Assembly: GCA_000092065.1 (NCBI GenBank)
Contig: CP000584.1
From: Ostreococcus lucimarinus
Lineage: Eukaryota
Reading direction: 5' to 3' (one strand)
Length of the DNA: 64,000 nt
Position 1 is the first letter of the stretch. The number at the start of each line of letters is the position of its first letter. The translations under genes and the position numbers were made by a program. The notes beneath the pieces were generated by a model that did no database searches, had not been told where the DNA came from, and saw nothing but the letters and a program-made list of their open reading frames with translations. Shown here one piece after another: positions 17,146-27,277 of the stretch.

Positions 17146-18615
17146 CTATGTGTCGCTAGGTGGCGTCGACTCGGTGACTAGACTGTGCCGTTCTCGCTTG
17201 ACCTTCCTCACCAAAGGCTCTAGAAGTTTGAAATGACTCAATAAAATGTCTTGCTGAAGCTGTCCCATCTCCGCGATGATGTTCGCAGCGACATCTTGGT
17301 CGAGACGCCGAATGACTTCCTTTTGCGCCGTGACGCCGAGTTCGGCGAGAACTACGGCGGCGTCGTGAGGTGGTTGAGACGTCAATTGACGGGTTCGCAT
17401 TCGTAATGTCTCATGAGAATTGTTACCGCGACCGGTCGCCCGCGGACCTCGTAGGCGTCGCGATTCCATTCGTCTGAAGCTGCCATCCCTCCGAAACGAG
17501 AAGGAGCCCAAGAATTCATGCTCTTCTTCCGAACTTGGTTTCATTATTTTTTCCCCACGCAGCAGTCTACTGATCTGCGCAATCTCTGCTATCGTTTGCT
17601 CGTCTAGACGATGACTATCTTCTTTGCTATCGTTACGGTGAAGTTTCTTCGCCCAGTGCCATGTGCCCTTTGCCTCCTCTTGCGCGAGGCGAGTGTGCAC
17701 CAAGAGCTCGATTGTTTGCTTCTGGAGGTTTTCAACGTCATCTATCCCATCGTGCAGCTCGCAAATGAGCTTCAAGCATCGTGGAATAGTCTTGCAGAGC
17801 TTCTTGTTCATAAAAACGGCAACCTCGAAGAGTTCTGGGTACTCGTGGTAAACTTTTGCAACGTCCTCAATCTTCAACTTTGGCGGACACTGACGAGAAA
17901 TGTAAAGAATGGCACTCCTGACACGCGCGCGCACAGGACGAAGGAACTCTCTGCGATCTGCACGTTGTTGAGCAATGTATTTCTCCGTCGCCGTCACCTC
18001 TAACCCTAAATTCGCATCCATCGCCGAAAAATTCACCACCGGTAGGCGTTTCAATTTTCCAAACTGGCGCTCCTTCGTTCGCTGCCACTCCCAAAGCACC
18101 GGCGCTAACTCCCCGCGGTTCAACTCACCATCGCCATCGAGATCCAAAAGAGCGACTATGAAAAACACCTCTTTCGGAATTCTGTGTCCTCGCCCGTGTC
18201 CACTCGCGTACTTGTCCACTCGCGCGCCGAGTATCCCGAGTGTGGAAATGAACTCTTCAAAGCTCACTTGGGCATCGCCATCCGTGTCGAAAAAGTCCAG
18301 CAGCTTTCGCGTCCAAAGGCTCCGACGGTCGATACCGACGACCGCGCACAGCTCCTCGCGGTCGATCGTCCCCGATCTATCGATGTCGAACTTTACAAAC
18401 TGCTTTCGAATTTTTTTCAGCATTCTGGACTTCACCACCGCGTGCTCGAAACGGCTCAAAACCGGACGTTTGGGCATGTGTTTGCGGACGAATGCGATGA
18501 AACCAGCGATGCGACCGCGTGGGGCATCGACGGCGCGTTGACCGTCCTCGGGCGGGGAATCATCGGGCGGGACGACTGCCGCGTCGGGCGGGACGACCGC
18601 CTCGGCGTCAGCCAT
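17146..18615 (-). CDS. EF-hand calcium-binding domain protein (at least 3 EF loops) with a long C-terminal region
   Basis: Canonical 12-residue loops are DIDRSGTIDREEL, DTDGDAQVSFEEF and DLDGDGELNRGEL. ATG is at 18613-18615 and stop TAG at 17146-48. The C-terminal 300 aa matched no family. Confidence 0.65.
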   Translation of the reverse strand: MADAEAVVPPDAAVVPPDDSPPEDGQRAVDAPRGRIAGFIAFVRKHMPKRPVLSRFEHAVVKSRMLKKIRKQFVKFDIDRSGTIDREELCAVVGIDRRSLWTRKLLDFFDTDGDAQVSFEEFISTLGILGARVDKYASGHGRGHRIPKEVFFIVALLDLDGDGELNRGELAPVLWEWQRTKERQFGKLKRLPVVNFSAMDANLGLEVTATEKYIAQQRADRREFLRPVRARVRSAILYISRQCPPKLKIEDVAKVYHEYPELFEVAVFMNKKLCKTIPRCLKLICELHDGIDDVENLQKQTIELLVHTRLAQEEAKGTWHWAKKLHRNDSKEDSHRLDEQTIAEIAQISRLLRGEKIMKPSSEEEHEFLGSFSFRRDGSFRRMESRRLRGPRATGRGNNSHETLRMRTRQLTSQPPHDAAVVLAELGVTAQKEVIRRLDQDVAANIIAEMGQLQQDILLSHFKLLEPLVRKVKRERHSLVTESTPPSDT

Positions 18616-18665
18616 GGGAGGCGAGAAGTGACGGTGTTCGCCGTTCCGCGAGCTACGAGCGAGAA

Positions 18666-18698
18666 GCGAGCGAGCGAGCGAGCGAGCGAGCGAGCGAG
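18666..18698. repeat. (GCGA)8 tetranucleotide microsatellite in the 5' leader/promoter of the EF-hand gene
   Basis: A direct gcgagcgagcgagcga... run sits immediately upstream of the EF-hand gene ATG (minus strand). Confidence 0.75.
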
Positions 18699-18819
18699 TG
18701 GAGGCGCGTGATGCAGAATGTTTTTGAGTGAGCCAATCCGCTCAATTACACCCTCTAAGTTATCGCCAAGTGGAGAAGTCCCTCTAACAACCCCCACAAC
18801 GCACCACCACAAATCCTCT

Positions 18820-19395
18820 TTAACCTTCGGTTTCGATGGTGCCCTTCTCGCTAACGTAGATGCCATCAAGGAACTTTCTAATATCCTTTTTCTTCACCAA
18901 GCACGCCATGTGGATGAGGGCCGCCGACTTGGACACGTTGTCGATGTCGTTGCCTTCGAGGACGATGCAATCCTTCACAGACTCATCGCGGTACGACTTG
19001 ACACCTTCGAGCATGTTGCACACGCGAGTACGCTTTTCGCCAAGGAAGTTGCGGATTTCAACAACCGTCCCGTTCTTCTCAATGTTGATGTTCACGGGGA
19101 AGTGAGCGTACACAGCGCGCATCTTGTAGCGGAAACCCTTGGTGACACCGTCAAACAAGTTCGAGATGTGGCTAACGGTCGTGCGCAAGCTACCGGACAA
19201 CTTGTTGCTCGCGAACCACATCGTCGCAACGACTTCATTCTCTTCGTTGAGCGTGAGGTCGAGCTTCGGGATGTGGTGGAAGTCGCGGTGAAGCGAACCG
19301 CGCGGGCCAGTCACGCTGATCTTGCGCGCCTTGCACGCGGTCACCGTGACGCCTTCCGGCACGGCGATCTTGATCTCTCTCTTGATAAGTCTCAT
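18820..19395 (-). CDS. RPL9: 60S ribosomal protein L9 (uL6)
   Basis: The 191-aa product is collinear with human RPL9: GPRG(S/T)L(H/R)RDF, GFRYKMRAVYAHFPVNI, VEIRNFLGEK, ILEGNDI(D/E)NVSKSAALI, DIRKFLDGIYVSEKG. It is intronless, with ATG at 19393-95 and stop TAA at 18820-22. Confidence 0.92.
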   Translation of the reverse strand: MRLIKREIKIAVPEGVTVTACKARKISVTGPRGSLHRDFHHIPKLDLTLNEENEVVATMWFASNKLSGSLRTTVSHISNLFDGVTKGFRYKMRAVYAHFPVNINIEKNGTVVEIRNFLGEKRTRVCNMLEGVKSYRDESVKDCIVLEGNDIDNVSKSAALIHMACLVKKKDIRKFLDGIYVSEKGTIETEG

Positions 19396-20050
19396 CTCGA
19401 GTCTATTTCACGCGAAAACGTCATCGACACGTCAGTCTCTCGCACGCTCAATCGCCGCTCGTTCTTCGTCGCGCGCGCTCGCGCGTCCCGCCTCCCTTTG
19501 GGGTTTCTCCTTCATCCCATCGCCCCGCGTTTTCGCTTCCTCCCGCGCGCCCACGCCCACACCGCGTTCATAATCCACAACCACAATCAGCATTCAACCT
19601 TTCCTCGCCATCGCGCCCGCCCGCGATCGATCGCGCGCGTCCCGCGAGCTCCCATCGCGCGCGCGCGATCGGCCAACTAGGGCTTGCGCGCGCGGTCGAC
19701 CCGCGTGCCGTTCGCGCGCGTCGTCCCGCCCGCCGCCCTCGCGCGTCGCCGGCGCATCGTGCGTTATATCTTCCATCGCGTTCGCGCGCGCGCGCGCGTC
19801 GTCGCGTCGATCGTACCTCAGAAGCGCGTCTTGAAGAGACGGATGCCGTCGCGCCCGGCGCGGCGTCGCGCGCGCGAGACCATCGCCTCGTCGATTGACT
19901 CGTCGATTGACTCGAGACGTGGGACTCTACGTATTCAACGTCCGAAATGCGGATCATCACGGAGTGAAAATGAAAATCACACCGCGCGCGGCGCTTTTTC
20001 GAAGCGCAGCCGCCGGCGCGCGCGACGCCGCGGTCACCTCGCGACGCGCG

Positions 20051-22798
20051 ATGGATCGCCGGACGTCGCGCGCGAGCGCCGGACCGACGGGTCGCGACGT
20101 CGACGATGCCTCGCTCGAGCGCGCGGGAGAGGAGGACGGTGATGCGGCGCCGTCGAGCCGGTTGTGCGTGAAGAATGTGCCGAAACATTTGAAGGATGAC
20201 AGACTGCGCGAACACTTCGCGGCGATGGGGGAGGTGACGGACGTGAAGATCGTGCGCACGGCGGACGGGACGTCGAGACAGATGGCGTTCGTTGGGTACA
20301 AGACGGAGGCGATGGCGACGAAGGCATTGAAGTACTTTGATAAGACGTTCATCGATACGTCGCGGGTGGAGGTGCAGTACGCGCGGAGCGTGCACAGCGC
20401 GCAGATACCGCGACCGTGGTCGAAGTATAGCGCGGGAAGCTCGGCGAATAAGGAAAAAGAGACGATAAAGAGTGGGCACGGGGGAAAGGGCGAGGCGGAG
20501 GCGGATGGTGAGGGTGAAAGATGGATCGGCGCGCGAGAGGCGAAAAAGTTGGCCAAGCAAAAAGCTCGCGAGCTGCACGATCCGAGGTACAAGGCGGAGC
20601 AGCTCATGAAGGTTGATCCAAAATTTCGCGAGTTCATGGAGCTCATGGTTCCCGCGAAACAAAAGTTTTGGAGCGATGGGTTCTTCGAGGATCAAGACAA
20701 GTTGGAGGGTTATAGGAAGGATTCCGAAAAAGCGCTTCGCGAAGACGGAGACGCCGGGAGCAGCGACGACGAGTATCAAGACTTGGACGAGTCAGAAGAC
20801 GAAGAACAGGAGGAAGAATCGGACAAATCAGGGTCGGAGTCAGACTCGGAGTCTGAGTCTGAAAGCGACAAGGTGGCGAATGACGATAAAGTGTCGGACA
20901 TGGATTACTTCAAATCGAAACAATCGACGTGGAAAGACGACGAGGACGATAGCGAGGACTCCGATTCTGATGACTCCGAATCTTCTTCCGACGACGAGCA
21001 AAGCCAAAGCCCTGATGCGTCTGATGATGAAGAGAAGAGTTCTGATTCAGACGCCTCCGATGATCCAGACACACTAGAGAAGGAAGAGACAGACGCCGCG
21101 GAACCAGAATCGAAAGACGTCAACGCGGCCGACATGGAGGCGTTGTCCGAAACCGGTCGAATTTTCGTGCGCAATTTGCCTTATACTGCGACGGAAGAAG
21201 AAGTGGCGGAGTTGTTCGAACAGTTTGGCAAGCTCACCGCGGTTCACATTCTCGTCGATCGCAGTACAAAGCGTAGCAAAGGTTTGGCGTACGTGACTTT
21301 TGTCATACCCGAGGATGGCGTCAAGGCGATGGAAGCGGTGGACGGCTCAATCTTTCAAGGTCGTTTGATCCACTTACTTCCCGCCAAACGCGCGCCACAG
21401 CTTGATTCTACGATGGGTGGCGTTGGACGCACAGGTGAAGGCGAAGACGACAAGAAGGATTCCTTCAAGACGGAACGCGACGCCGAGCGCAAAGCCGACG
21501 CGGGCAACACAAAGGCGTGGAACTCTTTATTCATGCGTCAAGATACCGTGGCCGCGGCGATCGCGGCACACTACGGCGTCACGAAAGCCGAACTCCTCGA
21601 CTCTGGTGCGGATGATCTCGCAGTGCGCATGGCGCTCGGCGAAGCGCACGTCATCGCGACGACGAAGCAACAACTCGGCGAAGCTGGCATTGACGCGGAA
21701 TCGCTCGAGCAGTCTGCGGCTTCGAGTGGGGCGAAAAGTGCGAGCCGAGTCAAGCGCAGTAATTGCGTGTTATTGTTGAAAAACTTACCCTACGAAGCCG
21801 AGGAGGATGAGCTTAGAGAACTCTGCGAAAAGTTTGGCGGCGTGGCGAGATTCATCTTACCCGATACGCACACCATCGCCGTCGTGGAGTTCCTTGAAGC
21901 CTCCGAAGCGCGCCGCGCGTTCACGGGTTTGGCGTACAAACGCTATCGACATGTACCACTTTATTTAGAATGGGCGCCCGAGAATATTTTTGCCTCGACT
22001 TCAAAGGTCGACATCAAGGGCGCCAAGGCGCTAGCCGTCGCCGACGCGTCGAGCGATTTAGCCAAGGAGGCGCGAGACAAGACAAAGGCGAAAGTGGACG
22101 CGGCGAATGATCTCGCCGGTAAAACCGTCAGCGACGACGCGGTGTCGATATTCGTCAAAGGTCTGGATTTCGGTACCACCGACAAAAAATTGCGTTCGCA
22201 TTTCGCCGCGGCGGCGCAACGCGTCTCTGGCCAAATCATCGCCGCTCGCGTCGTCACCCATCGCGGGCCCGGAGGCAAGATGCTCAGTCGAGGCTTTGGC
22301 TTTGTAGAGTTTGACACTCCCATGGTCGCAAAGTCGGTTTTGACCGCTCTTCAAGGATCGTCGCTCGACGGTAAGACGCTCAAGCTGGAGTTGAGCTCGC
22401 AAGGAGGCGGCGAACGCGATGACGACAAGGCTGGGAAAGTTCCGAAGGGCTTTAGCGCGACGAAAATTGTCGTCAGAAACGTCGCATTTGAAGCGACGAA
22501 GCGCGACATTCAGAAGCTGTTCAACCCGTTCGGACAACTCAAGCAAGTCCGATTGCCGAAAAAGTTCGACGGCGCGCACCGAGGTTTCGCATTCGTCGAG
22601 TTCAACACGCGACGAGAGACGCAAGCCGCCATGGATGCGCTCCGAGGCACGCACTTGTACGGCAGACACATCATCATAGAACGCGCCGCGGAAGAGGAAG
22701 ACGGAGAGGAAGACATAGAGGCGATTCGAAAGAAAACGACGTCGAGATTCGAAGCGAACGAGAACGCGTCCAAGCGCACGCGCTTGAACTCCTACTAG
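20051..22798 (+). CDS. MRD1: Mrd1/RBM19-type multi-RRM nucleolar RNA-binding protein (5-6 RRMs, acidic serine-rich linker)
   Basis: RRM1 is RLCVKNVPKHLKDDRLREHFAAMGEVTDVKIV...MAFVGY, similar to the RBM19 N-terminus. RRM2 is RIFVRNLPYTATEEEVAELF...KGLAYVTF. C-terminal RRMs are KIVVRNVAFEATKRDIQKLF...GFAFVEF and LLLKNLPYEAEEDELRELC. A D/E/S-rich spacer spans 20760-21100. Start is the ATG at 20051 (MDRRTS...); an in-frame ATG at 19970 is the alternative. Stop is TAG at 22796-98. Confidence 0.8.
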   Translation: MDRRTSRASAGPTGRDVDDASLERAGEEDGDAAPSSRLCVKNVPKHLKDDRLREHFAAMGEVTDVKIVRTADGTSRQMAFVGYKTEAMATKALKYFDKTFIDTSRVEVQYARSVHSAQIPRPWSKYSAGSSANKEKETIKSGHGGKGEAEADGEGERWIGAREAKKLAKQKARELHDPRYKAEQLMKVDPKFREFMELMVPAKQKFWSDGFFEDQDKLEGYRKDSEKALREDGDAGSSDDEYQDLDESEDEEQEEESDKSGSESDSESESESDKVANDDKVSDMDYFKSKQSTWKDDEDDSEDSDSDDSESSSDDEQSQSPDASDDEEKSSDSDASDDPDTLEKEETDAAEPESKDVNAADMEALSETGRIFVRNLPYTATEEEVAELFEQFGKLTAVHILVDRSTKRSKGLAYVTFVIPEDGVKAMEAVDGSIFQGRLIHLLPAKRAPQLDSTMGGVGRTGEGEDDKKDSFKTERDAERKADAGNTKAWNSLFMRQDTVAAAIAAHYGVTKAELLDSGADDLAVRMALGEAHVIATTKQQLGEAGIDAESLEQSAASSGAKSASRVKRSNCVLLLKNLPYEAEEDELRELCEKFGGVARFILPDTHTIAVVEFLEASEARRAFTGLAYKRYRHVPLYLEWAPENIFASTSKVDIKGAKALAVADASSDLAKEARDKTKAKVDAANDLAGKTVSDDAVSIFVKGLDFGTTDKKLRSHFAAAAQRVSGQIIAARVVTHRGPGGKMLSRGFGFVEFDTPMVAKSVLTALQGSSLDGKTLKLELSSQGGGERDDDKAGKVPKGFSATKIVVRNVAFEATKRDIQKLFNPFGQLKQVRLPKKFDGAHRGFAFVEFNTRRETQAAMDALRGTHLYGRHIIIERAAEEEDGEEDIEAIRKKTTSRFEANENASKRTRLNSY

Positions 22799-22818
22799 AA
22801 ATTTAATCACAATAGCCC

Positions 22819-23496
22819 TCACGCGAGCCGCTTTGAAAGAATGAGATAGTGCGAGCTCCCTTCGTCCACGCTCTCGTCCGGGCTGAGTTCGTCCACGACG
22901 TAGCCCATCTTCTTCGTGTAGAACTCGTACGCCCCGACGTTCGTCTTGAGCACGGTCAACACCACGGCCTCCATCCCCAGTTTCTTCGAAACCGTCTCCA
23001 CCGTTCGCACGAGCGTCTCCCCGAGCGCCCGTCGCTGGTGCGCCGCTTCGCACTGCAACTCGTACACGTACCCCACCGGATTATCCACATCCTCGTCCTC
23101 CCTCTCGAATCTAAAGTGCACAAACGCCACCGGACGTCCACTCTCGCGCGATCGCACCAGCACAAACCTCGCCGCGCCGTTATTCAACTCCCTCCGCTTC
23201 TCCGTCGCGTCCCATCCCCACGTGCGCTCGTACGCCGCGCGCATGTTCGCCTCCGTCACCTCGAAGCACCAATCCCGATCGCTCGTCGACATCTCCCGCG
23301 CCGACGCGTAGAATTCAAACCCATACCCCTCCCGCGTCGCCCTCGCGCGCGAATCCCTCGCGCTCCGCACCGCCAGGCACGCGTCCGCGGCGCGCGGCAC
23401 CATCCGCTCGAGCGTCCCCGTCGCCGTCTCGCGCGCGTTCGCGCGTCGCAGGATCGTCGCCGTCGCCGTCGCCGTCCCGTCGCCGTCGCGGTCCAT
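22819..23496 (-). CDS. GNAT-family N-acetyltransferase, NAA40/NatD-like
   Basis: The acetyl-CoA binding region is YVYELQCEAAHQRRALGETLV (Q/R-x-x-G-x-G/A) followed by VLTVLKTNVGAYEFYTKKMGYVVDELSP. Size and layout resemble NAA40. The first ATG is at 23494-96 (MDRDGDG...). Stop is TGA at 22819-21, only 20 bp from the Mrd1 stop. Confidence 0.55.
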   Translation of the reverse strand: MDRDGDGTATATATILRRANARETATGTLERMVPRAADACLAVRSARDSRARATREGYGFEFYASAREMSTSDRDWCFEVTEANMRAAYERTWGWDATEKRRELNNGAARFVLVRSRESGRPVAFVHFRFEREDEDVDNPVGYVYELQCEAAHQRRALGETLVRTVETVSKKLGMEAVVLTVLKTNVGAYEFYTKKMGYVVDELSPDESVDEGSSHYLILSKRLA

Positions 23497-23883
23497 CGTC
23501 ACCGTCCCGTCACCGTCCCGTCACCGTCCCGCGTCGCCGTCTCGCGCGTCGCACGCGTCGCGTCGAAATCAAATCAAATCAAAACCACGTCGCGGCGTCG
23601 CGCGCGCGCGTCGACGACGCGAACCGGCGCTGGGCGTGATTCGACGGTTCGCGACCCATCGCGAGGGGGTCCCCGCGCGCCCCGCCCGAGATTTACCCCT
23701 CGCTCGAAACCCGAAAACGCGCGCGCGCGGGTCGTACGATCACCACCGAATCGCCCATCACCGCGAACGCGCGCGCGCGATCGAATCCGATCCGCGCGCG
23801 CGTCGTATCTTTCGCCGCGCGCGGCGTCGCGCGCGTCGCGCGCGCCGCACTTCGCGTCGCGACGCGCACGGGACTCGCGCACG

Positions 23884-23901
23884 ATGAACGCGCTCGCTCA
23901 G
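23884..23901 (+). CDS. psaF: putative psaF exon 1 (MNALAQ) joined to 24396 across a 494-nt GC-rich intron; hypothesis
   Basis: The psaF reading frame has no ATG between its upstream in-frame stop (TAG 24369-71) and the mature protein. ATG 23884 is followed after 6 codons by CAG|GTACGC, phase 0. An acceptor CGCAG| at 24395 is preceded 28 nt upstream by ACTGAC, the window-wide branch signature. The join gives MNALAQ|[31 protein letters not shown]..., a plausible transit peptide. The donor deviates from the GTGCGT/GTGAGT donors seen elsewhere. Confidence 0.3.
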
Positions 23902-24395
23902 GTACGCGTCGGTTCGCGCGTCGTCGGCGCGCGCGACGCGACGCGACGACGCGCGCGCGCGACGCGAGGGACGGCGCGCGCGCGATCGGCGTTCGAAACG
24001 ATCGGTCGATCGCGCGCTCGTCGCGTCGTCGCGTCGCGCGCGCGATGGACGCGCGGCGGCGATCGGGCGTCGGGTGGGGGCCGACGCGCGATCGCGCGGG
24101 CCGCGCGCGGCGCGGCGCGGACGCGCGCGAGACGCGGCGTCGATCGAGGGCGGACGCGCGCGATCGGTGGATCGCCACCGCGGGGCGTCGAGCGGGACGA
24201 CGGAGGCGGCGCGGGCGCGGGCGCGAGGCGGATTCGGGCGGCGCGCGCGACGCGAGAGGGCGCGGACGCGGTGGCGCGCGAGGTCGGGAGGGCGGGGCGC
24301 GCGGGCGAAAGGGCGCGCGCGACGACGAAGGCGAGCGCGGGGACGAGGGCGAGGCGCGAAGACTGACCTAGAACGGATTCGACGCGTCGACGCAG

Positions 24396-25076
24396 GTTCA
24401 ACTCTCCAGCAAGGTGACCGTTTCTGGTCTCAAGCAAACCGCGCGCGTGAACGCGCGCACGGTGAAGACCGCCGCGCACTGCTCCGCCGCCGATGTGACG
24501 CGCAAGGCGGCGTCCTTGGCCGTCGCCGCCGCCGTCGCGGCGACGCCGTTGGTCGTCGTCGAAGAAGCCTTCGCGCGCGACGTGCAACCGTACGCCGGTT
24601 TGACCCCGTGCAAGACGTCCAAGGCGTTCGCAAAGCGTCAAAAGACCGAAATTAAGGCGCTCCAAAAGCGTCTCAAGAAGTACGACCCGGAATCCGCCCC
24701 GGCGCTCGCCCTCAACGCGACGATCGAAAAGACGAAGACGCGATTCGCCAACTACGGCGAAGCCGGTCTCCTCTGCGGTAAGGATGGTCTCCCGCACTTG
24801 ATTGTTGATGGTAACCTCGAGCACCTTGGCGAGTTCGCCGTGCCGGGCTTGGGTTTCCTCTACGTGGCGGGCTGGATTGGCTACGCGGGCCGCTCCTACG
24901 TTCAAATGAACAAGGAAACCGCCGCCAAGCCGACGCAAGGTGAAATCATCATCGATGTCCCGAAGGCGCTCGGCTTGATGTTCCAAGCGGGTGCGTGGCC
25001 GCTCCTCGCCGGTCTTGAGCTCAAGAACGGTACGCTCACGGCGCCGGAGAGCGAGATCACCGTCTCCCCGAGATAA
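24396..25076 (+). CDS. psaF: photosystem I reaction centre subunit III (PsaF) precursor, nuclear-encoded with a bipartite stroma + lumen transit peptide
   Basis: The mature part is [78 protein letters not shown]...[19 protein letters not shown]...[12 protein letters not shown], collinear with plant and algal PsaF. It is preceded by an AFA| lumenal cleavage site, a hydrophobic h-region and an S/T/R/K-rich stromal part. 24396 is the acceptor-defined start of this exon; the ORF-track start at 24414 is a GTG. Stop is TAA at 25074-76. Confidence 0.85.
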   Translation, partial: VQLSSKVTVSGLKQTARVNARTVKTAAHCSAADVTRKAASLAVAAAVAATPLVVVEEAFARDVQPYAGLTPCKTSKAFAKRQKTEIKALQKRLKKYDPESAPALALNATIEKTKTRFANYGEAGLLCGKDGLPHLIVDGNLEHLGEFAVPGLGFLYVAGWIGYAGRSYVQMNKETAAKPTQGEIIIDVPKALGLMFQAGAWPLLAGLELKNGTLTAPESEITVSPR

Positions 25077-25309
25077 GCGACATAGTAGAAACTCTCGAGC
25101 GCTTGCTGTACGATCACGAGGACCTTCCTTTATTAGTCAGAAGAAACGCGATTTGTGATTGCCAAACATAATGCTTCTTTAATCGTACACTTGTGCTTTA
25201 CATCGACGGAACGCTCGTTCCTCTGCGCCGCTATTTGTTCTTCTACGTTGCTACCGCTACTCGCTTGCGGAGGACTTCCGAGCGCCGACGCTAAGATTGT
25301 TCGCGTTTC

Positions 25310-26128
25310 CTACGCGCCGTTCGGACTCGCAGGCATGGCGAGTCGCGTCACCACGAGATCATCGCTGGTCGTCGATTCTTCCACCAAATACTCGATGAGC
25401 ATGATTGCGAAGAACGTCAGGCAAATTGCGATTCCGACGCCGACGCGCAGAAACTTTGACTGCGGTTGAACGCCGACGTTCGCACCCACCTCGGCGGCTT
25501 CCTCCGCCATGGATGCGAGCGCGGAATCAATCTGTAACAGAACCTCCTCGCGACGTTTCTTTCCAACCTCGCGTCGCTCGTCGTCACCGTTCCCCGCCGC
25601 CGCCCCTCCTCTTTTGGGCTGCGGAAACCGACGCTCCAACTCCGCGAGCGCGAGACGATTCCTCGTCTCGGCCTCGGCCTCGACCTCGGCCATCGCCCCG
25701 ACGCGTCGCGAAGACACTTCGACGACCCCCATCCCCGGTTGTTTCCCCAGTCTCCCCATCGTTCGCCGCTCGCGCCGATTTTCCTCCGCGGCCTCCGCCC
25801 ACGCGTCGAGTTCTCGCAGCGCCTCCCTCGCCTTCGTCTCCTTCGCGTCGCTCGCGCTCCCGAGCTGCAGATCCCACACCGCGCGTTCGCCCAATTCCAT
25901 CGCCCCCTGCGCGGCGTCCCGCACCGCGTCCAGCGCCTCGCGCGAGATTTTCGCCGCGCTCGCCCCCGCGAGCGCTCGGCTCGAGCGTTCGACCGCGTCG
26001 AGCGCGCTCGTGAGCTCATCCACGCTCGACGCCCTCGCGCGCACCGCCTCGCGAAGCGCCGCGCATCGCTCGTACACCTCGCTCACCGCGTCGCCGAACG
26101 GCGACGGCGGCGCGCGCGCGGGCGTCAT
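25310..26128 (-). CDS. tail-anchored coiled-coil protein, SNARE-like (family not resolved)
   Basis: A heptad-rich cytosolic region precedes a SNARE-motif-like stretch EEVLLQIDSALASMAEEAAEVGANVGVQPQSKFLR and a single C-terminal TM (VGVGIAICLTFFAIMLIEYLV). The first ATG is at 26126-28. Stop is TAG at 25310-12, convergent with psaF. Confidence 0.4.
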   Translation of the reverse strand: MTPARAPPSPFGDAVSEVYERCAALREAVRARASSVDELTSALDAVERSSRALAGASAAKISREALDAVRDAAQGAMELGERAVWDLQLGSASDAKETKAREALRELDAWAEAAEENRRERRTMGRLGKQPGMGVVEVSSRRVGAMAEVEAEAETRNRLALAELERRFPQPKRGGAAAGNGDDERREVGKKRREEVLLQIDSALASMAEEAAEVGANVGVQPQSKFLRVGVGIAICLTFFAIMLIEYLVEESTTSDDLVVTRLAMPASPNGA

Positions 26129-26382
26129 CGTGTGGCGCGCCCGCGGTCGCACTCGAAGACGCGACGCCGAGATGTCGACGAAAAAGGTGCGCGAGCGCGC
26201 GCGACGCGCACCGCGGTCGACGCGTCGCGACGCGCGCGCGCGCGGCGACGCGGCGACGCGCGCGCGATCGATGACGCGCGATTGATTACGCCGGCCCGTT
26301 TGCGATTCGATTTGGTGTTGACGGATTGAATTCGAATTTGAACGACGACCGGCGCGTGACTGACGATCGTCGACGCGTGTCG

Positions 26383-26432
26383 ATGCGCGCGCAGCGTACT
26401 CTGCTCAAGGTGATCATCCTTGGGGACTCGGG
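26383..26432 (+). CDS. RAB7: Rab7 GTPase exon 1 (MRAQRTLLKVIILGDSG, phase 2) joined across a 94-nt intron (26433-26526)
   Basis: ATG is at 26383. The donor GG|GTGAGT splits the Gly codon of the P-loop GDSGVGKT. ACTGAC lies 25 nt before the acceptor TGTAG| at 26525-26. Confidence 0.8.
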
Positions 26433-26526
26433 GTGAGTAACGCGCGCACGGCGAGGCGAAGGCGCTCGAACGAATGAACGCTCGCTCGGGACGCGACTGA
26501 CGCGACGACGATCGTCCGCGATGTAG

Positions 26527-27100
26527 GGTTGGGAAGACGTCGTTGATGGCGCAATACGTAAATAATAAGTTCTCCAAGCAGTACAAGGCGACGATCGGGG
26601 CGGATTTCATGACGAAGGAAATCGTCATCGACGACACGGTGGTGACGTTGCAAATTTGGGATACGGCTGGACAGGAGCGATTTCAGTCGCTCGGCGTGTC
26701 GTTTTATCGCGGTGCGGATTGCGTGATGTGCGTGTACGACGTCAACTCGGCGAAATCGTTCGAGTCGCTCGAGAACTGGCGAAACGAGTTTCTCGTGCAG
26801 GCGTCGCCGAGCGACCCAGAGAAATTTCCCGTCGTCGTCGTGGGGAATAAAATCGACGTAGAGGACGGCAAGGACAGCAAGAGGGTGATCAGCGAGAAGA
26901 AGGCAAAATCGTGGTGCACGTCAAAGGGTGGTTTGATGCACTTCGAGTGCAGCGCGAAGGAAGATATCAACGTCGACGCCGCTTTTGAAGCCGTCGCGAG
27001 GTTCGCCGTGCAAAACGAAGACGCCGAGGAGGACGTGTACTTGCCGGACACCGTTAGCATCGACACGCGCGGCGCCGCACCCTCCAGCGGGTGCTGCTGA
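26527..27100 (+). CDS. RAB7: Rab7 GTPase exon 2
   Basis: (G)[31 protein letters not shown]...[22 protein letters not shown]...GNKID...FECSAKE...AAPSSGCC* is collinear with Rab7. It has P-loop, switch, NKxD and SAK motifs and a C-terminal CC prenylation site. The joined protein is 207 aa, and stop is TGA at 27098-27100. Confidence 0.88.
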
Positions 27101-27277
27101 CGACTTTTACGACTTGTCACGCGCGCACGCAACCATTCAACACCTTTCGTCGTTCCCATTCGCCAACTCGCTCGTCTCGCGTTCCGCGTCCCGCTCCGTG
27201 GATAAAGCGCGCGGCTGAGATTACTCATCATCCTCCATCGTCTGTCTCCACGCCACACCTCGCCGCGCGCGCGTCCG

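Noticed and set aside
22849-24366. Long R/A-rich ORFs (505 aa on '+'; 362 aa on '-' at 23898-24986; also 13178-14314, 13578-14711, 19568-20779, 45060-46286, 59285-59993)
   Set aside because: They are low-complexity poly-Arg/Ala translations of CGCGCG-type islands, open in several frames at once. They overlap better-supported genes antisense and have no recognisable domains.
24045-24371. 108-codon ATG ORF (MDARRRSGVGW...) in the same frame as psaF
   Set aside because: It ends at an in-frame TAG 45 nt before the psaF exon. It is pure R/G/A low complexity, and no phase-compatible GT donor exists inside it.
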